Positions 39,860-49,824 of a stretch of DNA of 64,000 bases are shown here, in pieces. The notes under the pieces were generated by a model. The model searched no databases, was not told the DNA's origin, and saw nothing but the letters and a program-made list of their open reading frames with translations. How positions within the stretch are numbered: the stretch's first letter is position 1; the number at the start of each line of letters is the position of its first letter. Where the stretch lies: contig CM097882.1 in the NCBI GenBank assembly GCA_044892505.1, positions 298,158,001-298,222,000 of the forward strand, in the 5' to 3' direction. Origin of the DNA: Schmidtea nova (Eukaryota). Position numbers and translations under genes: made by a program.

Positions 39860-40917
39860 AGTAGACGGGTGGCGATGATTCATGTTTTAGAATTTTAGAT
39901 GTATGGTAGTATTCTGTAAAACCAGATTTACTAAATAATTCAAATATTTTCATATGCAAAAGTAAAGTAAACATCTTGAAATTTAAAAGAATAGTAATTT
40001 TAAGTTTATACTCTATATGTCTAATATTTAACTTTAGAATTTAGACTTTAATACGTTTTGTTTAAATGTAAATTTTATTGAAACTATCCTTAAGTTTGTT
40101 CCGGCCCTTGACAACATCCCAAAATTAATAACCGGCCCTCAGATCAATACAAGTTGAGCATGCCTGTTCTACTGTATTCTTTATTTTGAGGGGAAATCTA
40201 TCCTAACTGTCACGAGTGCTCAAGCCAGAAACTATAACCCATAATGAGCAATGATGTATTTGTTTTTTTATAAATTTCTGAACTGAAGAAATGATTATGC
40301 AATATGCATATGTGTTTCGATATTTAGTTGTATTTATTTTGATTTCAGCATGTTGATCAATATTTTTATTTAACACAAATTTAGGGCACAATCCTTTTTA
40401 AGTGTTTCTTAAATTAATAAAAATATTGATCTATAAATTGAAAAAATAAAAAAATTAATAATTATAATAATAATTTAATGCTAAAAGAATTAAAGGATTT
40501 TACTTGTAATAATTGTATATTTAAAAATTCAAATTAAAATAACTTTAAAATTTTAAGAATTTATATTACCGAACTAAAATACTCATTAAAAATTATTGAT
40601 TTAATTTGCCAAAAAAATTAAAGAAAAATATAAATCCATTTTTTTTGCAATAATAAATTATTAAACATTGTCAATATAAATTTATATTTAAAAAATTTAA
40701 ACAGAAATTAATATAATTAAATATCAATTATCAAATTGTAAAAATATTTCATATTACAATTGTCAATATAATATTAGAGATTAAAATTACAAATTCATTT
40801 CCTAAATTGAAATTTATAATATATTTGATTTTATAAATATCAATTAAAATTTTTTTTTCAAAAAATTAGTTTAAAAATTAGAAAATTTTTTAGGATAAAA
40901 TTTTTCAAATCAACAAA

Positions 40918-42237
40918 ATGAGATATGAAATGGACAATAAATCTATCCAAAGCGGCACCTTCAGTCAGTACCAAATGAACCTTTCTAAAAGGGTATCTGC
41001 TTATGTTTTCCCTGGCATGGCAAAAGTTCAATTGGACATTGAACGGGTCAATTTGGGGAATTTCTATGAAAAATACACTTTTAAAATAGATGAAGTTAAA
41101 ACCGAGTTGACGAGTCCGAAAAAAATATTCTTTTCAACTCATATGATTTGCCAGCCGACTGAATCGTTCCCACGTGCCGAATTGAATACCTTGAAAAATA
41201 TTTCAAATCGAAATATAATTTCGATAGAATATCTCATTTTTTGCAGGTCGCCTAAGTTGCTACTGCTATACGAATTTTTGCCCGAAGATTTGTGGAGCAT
41301 GATTAAAAGGTTCAAAATGGAAAATTTCCAATTAAAAGACAAAATGATCATGACCCTCTCTCGACAGTTGATGTCCGGTCTGGAATATTTGCACGGCAAG
41401 AATATCGCTCACAGAAATATTAATCCGAAAGATATTCTCATTGATATTGCGGAATTAAGATTAAAAATATCAGGATTTTCTCAATCTCGCCCAATTCATG
41501 CAAACTGTATCAATTCAACTAGCATCGGTACTCAGTAAGTAAATTGTTGGGCTATGGTGTAAAACAATCCCTCTCCCCTTTTGAAGGGAGAGAATATAAT
41601 CAAATTTACATAATTATATACCAATTGTCTTTTTAGACTTCAGTTTATGTTAATGAAAAAAAGACGATTTAAATAAAAAAGATATATTAAGTGGTATAAA
41701 AGATTGAAATATATTTAAATTTAATATATAATAAAAATTATTTCCCTCTAAAAGTGGGAAGGGGTTTGTTTTATACCGTAGCCGATTTTTGCATATGCCT
41801 ATAAAAAGTTAATTACATTAATAATTAGATTATTCAGGGCCCCGGAATTGTTGTACGGAATTCAAAATTACGGAACAGTAATAGACGTGTGGAGTGCGGC
41901 CTGCGTCATTGCGTTTATGATTCTCCAAAAACCAATATTTGAGAGCGATTCAATTGAATCTATCAACAGTTTGATCGGATCACCGATAATAGACAAATTA
42001 TCAAATTATATTTCAAATGATCCGAAAGCGGTGAATAAATTATCAAAAATTATTACAAATAACTATTTTGCGCATTTGCTATCCCTTATGTTTGACTACG
42101 ATTTTAAAAACAGAATAACAGCTAAGCAAGTTCTGGATGATTTAAATAAAAAAATAGCTAAAACAGCTAAGCCAGATCTGGATTATTTAAATAATATAAT
42201 AGTTGATTTTCTGGATGATTTAAATAAAATAGTTTAG
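40918..42237 (+). CDS. Two-exon GSK3/CMGC-like probable pseudokinase
   Basis: Exons 40918-41534 and 41829-42237 (GTAAGT...AG, phase 2) join in frame as GTQ-LFRAPELLYG. DVWSAACV and QKPIF are present. HRD reads HRN, DFG reads GFS, and no Gly-rich loop or VAIK is evident. Confidence 0.75.
41550..41783. mobile_element. MITE-like inverted-repeat element in the kinase intron
   Basis: GGCTATGGTGTAAAACAA...CCCCTTTTGAAGGGA versus TCCCTCTAAAAGTGGG...TTGTTTTATACCGTAGCC. No TSD recognised. Confidence 0.55.
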
Positions 42238-43129
42238 TTTTTTGTTGTATTTAATTTTTCCCCATTTCATTCACAGATTGATAATAATATTTTAATTGTT
42301 TTATTTTTATCAAAGTATTTTTAAGCGAAATTATCATTGAAAAAAGATTCAATTTTAGTAAAATATTTTTACATGTCTTAAGTCTTCTGTTATTAAATAA
42401 AGTTTAGTAACCTCTGTCATAGACTGTTTCGGTAAAAGTAATTTTTTGTCTAAGAATGCATTTGGTTTTAGAAAATATAATTTACATATGCTGAGTTATT
42501 GCGTTGTTGGTGAAGTTTAAAAGTTACCAATCAAATTTCTGACTCAGAATGCGTGCTTTATTAATCAATAGAATAACAATTGCAACAGGAATCTTTATTG
42601 ATATCACAACTCGTTCCACAATTACACTGGTACAATCGATCAATAACCTGACACAATAATACAGTGCTTATTACAACCCTATTGTGAGGACTAGCCCTCG
42701 TGTATAATTTCTGTCTAACGATTACCAACTGCTGATTTAGATTTAATAATGGATAACCAACTATTTGTATTCTTTGTGGTGACTTGAAATTCGGCTTAAA
42801 AACTTTTCAATAATCAATTTACAATAAATTTTCAATAATCAATTTCTCAATAAACTTCTCTCGATCAATGTCTTAATAATTTTTTATCATACAACTTCTG
42901 TTGCAAATTCTCGCCCTAATACTTGTCCACAAATTTCTCCACAAACTTCTGTCTAAAACTGTTGTCTCTCCCTTTTTATAGTTTGCCATTCTACGGCACT
43001 TGTGACGATTTGCTTTTTTCTCAATTCCTGCCGCTGGCATTTCCATGCTATCCACATCCATTTTGGTACGATTTACTTTCCCCCTTTTTTTGATGGCATT
43101 TCCCAATGTTTTTCTCAGTTCCCGTGTTA

Positions 43130-43390
43130 CCTTTGACAGCTGTCAAGATACCAGTTTTGTTTTCGTTTTGGAATTTTGGAATTCCAATTTTGTTTTCTTG
43201 CACTTATTAATTATAAGTGACCTTTCTCTGTTTTATTGTTTTATTTCTTTTCTTTTGTTACCCTTTCCTCATTTCTCAATTTTTGCTTTTCCGTTTCCCT
43301 CTTCAAGTTCCAGAATGCTATCTCAATCACCTATCGGTTTTCCCCCAAGTTATTTATAATATTATTTATTATTTGGGTATCTTCAACACA
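43130..43390 (-). repeat. Dispersed repeat, partner of 11160-11400
   Basis: See 11160-11400. Confidence 0.6.
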
Positions 43391-43978
43391 TATTTTTTGA
43401 GGAATGATAATATATTTTGATGTGCAGGTTTCAATAGTTATCATTATCTTCTTTTTTTGATTTCAATCAGAGCTTTAGAAAATGCTTTGGTGCCTCGTCT
43501 TGGTCTAACCACTCAGCCGAGCGTAACTCATTGTCAAACATGGTTCGTTTCTAGTCACAAGTAAATAAATTGAAATGAAATTGAAATATTTTACTTTTTT
43601 ATATGAAAAATTATTTTCTTTTAACTTAGAAACGATGAAAATTTCAGTCAAAAGAAATGAAAAAAATAATTCACAAAAATTGGAAGGCGATAATTTGACA
43701 GAAAGAGAAAACATCAATATTAGTGTTCAAATAATATTTTAATTGTGTCTGACAGCTAGAAAAATTAATTATTTAGGTAAATTAAAAGATTTTATAAACT
43801 CATTTGTTTTAATCACATAAATTAAGAAAATTGATATTTAAGCAAAGGAAATGCAAAACAAATTTTGACAGTTTTGCGTTTTTTTAGGAAGGGTTTTTAC
43901 AAAGTCAAAAAAAGCATCAAATATTTCAAGTTTTATGAAGTTATTTTTATTTTTGAAAATTAATATTACCACCTAGAT

Positions 43979-44322
43979 CAAGGGTCACCAAACTACGCCT
44001 AATGACCCGGACAAAACTCGCAAAGGTTATTCAAAGAAAAATTATAAATTATAAATGAGTTTTTTATTGAAAGAATAAACACGTAAAACCGATCAAAATT
44101 TGGAACCAAATATTCAAAAAATTACCTCATTAAAACAAGGCACTACACTAAAATGTATTTTTTCGAAAAAAGTATTTTATTAATATTTTTATTTTTGTAC
44201 ACAAACACACACACACATATATATATATTCTAACTTGATTCCGATAAAAATCTTTAAACTGGCCCGTCAAAATCTTTGTAATTTTTATCAGGCCTGTTTC
44301 CCAAAATGTTTTGTGACCCTTG
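43979..44322. mobile_element. Buster-type hAT MITE, 344 bp
   Basis: TIRs CAAGGGTCACCAAAC / GTTTTGTGACCCTTG. Flanks ACCTAGAT and GTGTAGAC both fit the nnnTAGAn target but are not identical. Confidence 0.65.
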
Positions 44323-44575
44323 GTGTAGACGAATAGTCATTACTTTTTTAATTTACTTTTTTTAAAATAAAATAGTACTATAAAAAATAAGATCAAAGGT
44401 GAAAACTGAATGATGTAAATGATAAAGATAGTTAATCTATTTCATGCCAAATAAACTCACCACCTATCTCAAAATATGTATCCTTATTTGGTTTCCCTTG
44501 TTGATATTATATGTTTAATTTCTCTTACCAAACAAGAAACAAGAAATATGGTGTAAAGGGAAATAAATAAAAATG

Positions 44576-46075
44576 AAACCCCAGTGTGGCAAAGGCTTTC
44601 ACTTATCAGACATACAATAAAGTTGTTACACTTTAACTGAACAAAATCTCAAAATCTCAATTATAGACTTGCAAATAATAACGAAACTATAAACTAATAT
44701 TCACTTAACAAGCATGTTTTTATTGGTCCAAAAGTCTTGTAATTAAATTACAAACTGATTGGACGTCATAAACCACAGACAAAAAGATGGGAAGAAGAAT
44801 TCTCAAAATAATTTTTTTCCACAGAAAAATTGGCACAAATGTGTCCTGACAATATTTTCAAAAATTATTTCAATAATTTCAATTTGTCTGAAAATTTAAT
44901 TTTTCTAAACAATACAATATGCGAGTAGGTAGATGTGTGGAGTCAAACACAAAGAAATGAGTCATAATGCGTGGGCGGAAAATTTTAAACAAAGAACTTT
45001 TTTTTTGGAACCCCTCCCCCGGGGGGGGGGGGGGTCAATTTTTTTTTTTTTTTTTCGCGCCAAAAATTTTTGAAATTTTTTTTTGAAATTTTTTTTTTTC
45101 GCGCCAAATTTAAATTTGAAAATTTTTTAACACAAATTTTTTTAACACAAATTTTTTCAACACAAATTTTTTTTTTAACATAAATTTTTTTTTTTAACAC
45201 AAAATTTTTTAACACAAAATTTTTTAACACAAAATTTTTTAACACAAATTTTTTAACACAAATTTTTTCAACACAAAATTTTTCAACACAAAATTTTTCA
45301 ACACAAATTTTTTCAACACAAAATTTTTTAACACAAATTTTTTTTTTTTAACACAAATTTTTTTTTTTTTCAAAATTTTTTTTTTAACAAAGAACTTTTT
45401 AAACAAAGAACTTTTAAATGCGTGGGCGTAAAAATTTTTAAACAAAGAACTTTTTTCGAGACCCCCCATGGGGGGGCTAAATTTTTTTTTTTTTTTTTTC
45501 AAAAAATATTTTTTCGCGCCAAAAATTTTTTAAATTTTAAAAATTTTTTTTTTTCACACCAAATTTATTTTAGTAAATTTTTTTTTTTTGACACAAAGTA
45601 TTTCAACAGAAATAAGAGTCATCAAAAAGTTTGCAACACGCGTGCAACTTAAACAAAGACAATGCAATACACGTGCAACATGAACAAAGACATTCAAAAT
45701 ACAAAATAAAATTTATTTATAAATATATCGTTGTGTACGTGTACAAAATTTAGTTTCAAAATTATTTACATCTGAATTATTACTCGGAATATTATTCATA
45801 GGAATATTATTCATTGTAATATTATTCATCGGAATACTAGTATTTTTCGGAATATTATTCTTTGGAATATTTGACATCTTCTCCAACCGTATGGATGCCG
45901 ATAATATCATTATAATTATTAATATAAATAAACTTATATAATGTAATACAATGGCTGTTTTTTCATTTTCAACTGTTTGATTTTGGTATCTGACTTCATA
46001 TTCTTTTTTAACAAAAGTTTGATTGATACATTTTAATCGTTCAACTATTTTCATCATTATTTTGGCAATCATTTT
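44576..46075 (+). repeat. Left TIR of Polinton A (~1.5 kb)
   Basis: Reverse complement of 61186-62540. Contains ~13-bp AACACAAATTTTT tandem units, C-run/G-run palindromes and the 3' half of the membrane-protein gene. Confidence 0.95.
45053..45523. promoter_or_regulatory. Three TTTCGCGCCAAA E2F-consensus sites in the left TIR
   Basis: Exact 12-mers at 45053-45064, 45097-45108 and 45512-45523; mirrored at 61739-61750, 62014-62025 and 62058-62069. Confidence 0.55.
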
Positions 46076-46294
46076 TTCAATGTCATTATTAATCACATTA
46101 TTTTTGGAAGGACATTGATTACATTGTAATTTTATTTGACTGCATTCAATGTTTGAGTAAAGACATATATCATTATAACTCGCACAAGTACTATCCTGTT
46201 TTCGAAACGGATGGGATGATTGACAATCTTCCAAAGCTTGTTCTCCTTCAGTATTGTGAACACATAATAATAAAATAACTATATTTAATTTCAT
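45713..46294 (-). CDS. Predicted type I membrane protein: signal peptide, Cys-rich ectodomain, TM helix, repetitive tail
   Basis: MKLNIVILLLCVHNTEG, six Cys in 38 residues, TM AIVLHYISLFILIIIMILSASI and IP(K/M/S)NN repeats. Confidence 0.7.
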   Translation of the reverse strand: MKLNIVILLLCVHNTEGEQALEDCQSSHPFRKQDSTCASYNDICLYSNIECSQIKLQCNQCPSKNNVINNDIEKMIAKIMMKIVERLKCINQTFVKKEYEVRYQNQTVENEKTAIVLHYISLFILIIIMILSASIRLEKMSNIPKNNIPKNTSIPMNNITMNNIPMNNIPSNNSDVNNFETKFCTRTQRYIYK

Positions 46295-46360
46295 TTTAAA
46301 AACAAAAACTAATATCAAAACTAAAATTGTTCATACTAAAAAATATTTATTAAAAAACAA

Positions 46361-46777
46361 TTATGCGTATCTTGCATTGTCAACTCTCCAAATTGGAGTA
46401 ACAACATCTTTTTTATCAATCTTGTACCCTTGAATAATAACGGTAACGAACCAATGTTCTTGATCCATGAAATCAATTGTTTGAAACGCATCATGGAACC
46501 GAGTTTTTCTGTTATTGATGTACATGGTTTCTTTACAAGATAAATTAACATTCATCTTTGAAAACAATCGATTTAATGTTATTATATTTTCTTTAGCAAT
46601 AATTATAGCAAGACTGTCATATAAAGATTTTGTTAACTTTACCGGATAAGATAATCGATACGGTATTTCATTAACCAAAAAATAAATTCGGCTGTCGTAG
46701 TATATCTGGACTGGTTTTACCTCAGTCTGATATATTTTTTCTTCGCTTATATCTAAATTTTGTTTTCTTGAATTCAT
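46361..46777 (-). CDS. 138-aa Polinton accessory protein with an LSCKE (LxCxE) motif
   Basis: Intact ATG-to-stop ORF, tightly packed with its neighbours; family unknown. Confidence 0.7.
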   Translation of the reverse strand: MNSRKQNLDISEEKIYQTEVKPVQIYYDSRIYFLVNEIPYRLSYPVKLTKSLYDSLAIIIAKENIITLNRLFSKMNVNLSCKETMYINNRKTRFHDAFQTIDFMDQEHWFVTVIIQGYKIDKKDVVTPIWRVDNARYA

Positions 46778-47031
46778 TTTATAAATTGTGACAATATTTT
46801 ATAAAATGTCTTTGTATTTATACTAATGACTGGATGTCTTTGTCCAATCATATTCATGCATTTATCTTGCACACACTATGCATCTGTATTGCAATGTCTT
46901 TGTTGTATGCGTGCATGTTTAATTAATTTGTATATGTTCAATAATGAGCTTTTACAGATAAAAACAATCACAGAATATGTTCTGCTACTAGGGTTCTGTT
47001 ACCAGGGTTCTGCTCGGAATGTTCTGATACA

Positions 47032-47066
<35 letters not shown>

Positions 47067-47326
47067 GTTTTTGTATTTATTTCATAATTATTATTAATAT
47101 TATTATTCATCAAAAATAAAAACACATTCTTACTTATTCTCATTTAATCAAAACGTTCATAACTAAAATACTTTTTTAAAACCCAAAACACTTTCTTATT
47201 TAATAAAAAGTTGATTAAAATAATTAAAACATTAACATAAAAAGCTATTACAAATAAAGAATTCAAAACTCAAAAATAATTTCAAAAACTTTTATTAAAA
47301 AAAAAAATATATAATAATAATAACAA

Positions 47327-47952
47327 TTACATATCAGATGGTTCACCGCCAAGAGATTGGCAACCATCATTATCATCTACACAATCATCAACCTTTCGGT
47401 GGCACTCATCACAATCAGGTGATTGAGGCGATTCCATAGAAGATTGTTCATCTATAGTTGATGCTTCAATCTCAATTGAATCATCAATTGGTTCGGGAGT
47501 TGAGTTGAGCCATCTCTCTTGTTCCATCTCCTCCTCGATAATCTCCTTCAATTCTTTTGTTTCGAATTGATTGAGGGTATTTCGGAGAACCCATACTTGT
47601 AATTTGCGAATCCTATCCACACAGTGCCCGCATTGATAGGCGCACAATATATGTTCGGCCATAAAAGGCAAATCATTGTTGAGATTTTCGAGGTGTTCCT
47701 TTAGAATCTTATTAACATCTAGTCCCGTCAAAACGTGAATTTTGTATGGGAACAGCTCCGGTGCTGTATAGGTCAGCGTCTGCATCAGATTGGGAAACAT
47801 CTCAGCCAGTTTGGTGTAGATGACGGACATGCGTTTTTCTAAAAATAAAATATATTAAATTTGAAAATATAATAATTTTATTATTTACCATTTTTTAAAT
47901 TCTTTATTTTTTGCGACATAATTGTAGATATAAACTTTGTCAGTTTGTTCAT
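47327..47952 (-). CDS. Two-exon 191-aa Polinton accessory protein with acidic C-terminus
   Basis: Exon 47952-47889 (MNKLTKFISTIMSQKIKNLKN), 50-nt GTAAAT...TTTAG intron 47888-47839, then exon 47838-47327 in frame (E-KRMSVIY...). Confidence 0.7.
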
Positions 47953-48057
47953 AGTTTATATACGAAACAAACACACATGATTTAGAAAACGATACATAAT
48001 GAACCAATCAGAGTGAAGCATGCACAACATGTCTTTATTCTCGAAATACACACAGAG

Positions 48058-48070
48058 CCAATCAGAATCG
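48058..48070 (-). promoter_or_regulatory. CCAAT-box motif CGATTCTGATTGG upstream of the 47952 gene (second CCAATCAG at 48004)
   Basis: Identical 13-mer in the same relative orientation upstream of the pol leader at 54640-54652. Confidence 0.5.
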
Positions 48071-48097
48071 TGCATTTCTAATGCATCGATATTGCAT

Positions 48098-48565
48098 TCA
48101 TGAGTCACATGTTAGTATGAAATCAACAAAGGCTTTATCTTCTATAACTGATTTTATATCGTTAATAATATCATCAACCATAGTTGAATAATCTTTGTTT
48201 TTTAATCCTAATATGACTAATTTCCCACTTGCAAATATATTTACACACATGGGATTATATTTGGTATATCTCAAAGCTGGAAATAATTCTGGCTCGTAAA
48301 CACACGGTATTAATTTCGATAATTCATTCAAATTACAAATAAATCATAAATCCGCAGTTACAGTTATCGATTGTATTGTTAAATCGTAAAACTCAACTTG
48401 TTCGTCACTAATGAATTCCTTGCATCCCATTATTCTATATCTTCCTGTTTTAAAGTATATTTTAGGGTATTTCCCACTTCGATCTACAATTTGCTGGGGT
48501 TTTCCATTTGGAAATTTCATGTGTGATACATCTGTCTTACCCTTGTAATTAATGTTTCTAATCAT
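48098..48565 (-). CDS. TATA-binding-protein-like gene with one in-frame TGA (48346-48344)
   Basis: The two listed ORFs are the same frame. IQSITVTADL*FICNLNELS...YEPELFPALRY...VNIFASGKLVILGLK matches TBP repeat 2 (YEPELFPGLIY...LIFVSGKVVLTGAK). IYFKTGRYRIMGCK corresponds to repeat 1. Confidence 0.85.
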
Positions 48566-48658
48566 TACTGAAAATATTTTTAAATGAAATAATTACTTTG
48601 AGAACCAGTATTTAAAACAAATATAAACAATAATATTAATTAAATATAATTTTTAAAT

Positions 48659-49282
48659 ATGGAATTAAGAAATGATGCAGTATTTCAAATTGTTGGTCCG
48701 AGCGGGAGTGGAAAAACTTTATTTGTTTGTAAATTATTGCAATCGAAATTATTCAAGTCAAAATTTAATAATATTTATTGGCATAGGGGTGCTGACGACG
48801 AAAGTGGAATGACACAAGATCAGTTTTGTAAAGTAAAAATGACAATCATTAAAGGTTTCGATAAAAACTGGTCATCTAGATTAAAACATGGTGATGTGAT
48901 TATCATTGACGACTTGTATCAAGAAGCAAATAAAGAAAAGGATTTCAATAATTTATTTACGAAAATCAGTAGACATAAAGGTGTTACTGTTATTTTTATA
49001 ACTCAGAATTTATTTCATCAGGGCGGTAGTCATCGAACTCGTAATTTAAATGTTCAATATCTTGTTGTTTTTAAAAATCCTAGAGATGCAACAGTTATTG
49101 ATTTTCTGGCAAGACAAGCTTATCTTTCTAATCGTAACTTTTTGATTGAAGCCTTTCAAGATGCTACAAAATCTCCTCATGGATATATTTTCCTGGATTT
49201 TACTCAACAACGCAGTGATGATGTACGCGTTAGAACTGATATTTTTTACCCTGAAGGAGCCATGGTTTATAAACAAAGTTAA
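48659..49282 (+). CDS. A32/FtsK-HerA-like genome packaging ATPase
   Basis: Walker A GPSGSGKT, Walker B VIIIDD, SRH, ITQNLF and FKNPRD; intact 207 aa. Confidence 0.95.
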   Translation: MELRNDAVFQIVGPSGSGKTLFVCKLLQSKLFKSKFNNIYWHRGADDESGMTQDQFCKVKMTIIKGFDKNWSSRLKHGDVIIIDDLYQEANKEKDFNNLFTKISRHKGVTVIFITQNLFHQGGSHRTRNLNVQYLVVFKNPRDATVIDFLARQAYLSNRNFLIEAFQDATKSPHGYIFLDFTQQRSDDVRVRTDIFYPEGAMVYKQS

Positions 49283-49302
49283 TTTAGTTTTCAATCGTAA
49301 TC

Positions 49303-49821
49303 ATGTTAATGAAATCTCGAGTAAAGTTTGAGCCATTGATAAAGGCTAGAACAAAGAAAGCGGGAAAGAAAACAAAGAAACTATTTACAAAGAAATCTAT
49401 AAAGAAATCAAGAAAGAAATCCAAGAAAATACTTATGGATAATATTCCCAAAAATAATCAAATTAATTTGAAATCTAATGCTAAACAAGCACATCATCGG
49501 AGTTTACCGTTTTTTAATGCATTACTTAAAGCCCCTTCCGTTAGAAGAATGGGTATTCTTCAATCGTTTCCTAGTTACGTCATCGATGATTTACTCGCTA
49601 TTTTAATTAAAGTCGTGCGAGGTAAAATGAATCTAACTCCATCTAATCGCCGTGTTTTGAACAGGCATAAAAAACCATTGTTGTCGCTAGTAAACTCAAA
49701 AAATAAAAAACTTATGCGTAAAGTAATATATAAACAACAAGGTGGTTTTATCGCAGCATTGTTACCATTAGCATTATCTTTATTGGGAGGTGCTGGTTTA
49801 TTGGGAAAAAGAAAGTCATAA
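49303..49821 (+). CDS. Basic putative virion core protein ending in QQGG plus a hydrophobic helix
   Basis: Lys-rich N-terminus, LNRHKKPL, and QQGGFIAALLPLALSLLGG; lies between the ATPase and integrase genes. Confidence 0.75.
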   Translation: MLMKSRVKFEPLIKARTKKAGKKTKKLFTKKSIKKSRKKSKKILMDNIPKNNQINLKSNAKQAHHRSLPFFNALLKAPSVRRMGILQSFPSYVIDDLLAILIKVVRGKMNLTPSNRRVLNRHKKPLLSLVNSKNKKLMRKVIYKQQGGFIAALLPLALSLLGGAGLLGKRKS

Positions 49822-49824
49822 ACA

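Larger units (their letters stand above)
17682..40166 (+). mobile_element. Giant (22,485 bp) Buster-subfamily hAT unit carrying host-gene fragments and nested elements
   Basis: TIR CAGGCATGCTCAACTT (17682-17697) and AAGTTGAGCATGCCTG (40151-40166). Identical 8-bp TSD TTCTACTG at 17674-17681 and 40167-40174, with the central TA typical of Buster targets. CGGCCC subterminal repeats at both ends. Transposase 3' end at 39252-39859. Confidence 0.92.

Noticed and set aside
17682-40166. Functional hAT-Polinton fusion element analogous to Teratorn
   Set aside because: Both the hAT transposase and the enclosed polB are truncated, no capsid genes lie inside, and the junction looks like a deletion repair scar.
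44576-44582. AAACCCC/GGGGTTT as telomeric repeats (ciliate-like C4A2/C4A4, telomere-bearing element)
   Set aside because: Only a single unit on each side; no array.
45120-45400. CRISPR-like array in the TIR or in the 55.5-kb repeat
   Set aside because: Head-to-tail tandem units with no unique spacers and no cas genes; eukaryotic context.
44985-45652. Lys/Phe-rich ORFs in the TIRs (also 61876-62236)
   Set aside because: Translations of homopolymer and 13-bp tandem repeats starting at non-ATG codons.
48568-48596. Possible 29-nt intron just upstream of the TBP-like ATG
   Set aside because: Shorter than all other introns here (41 nt or more) and no upstream coding exon; cannot be supported.
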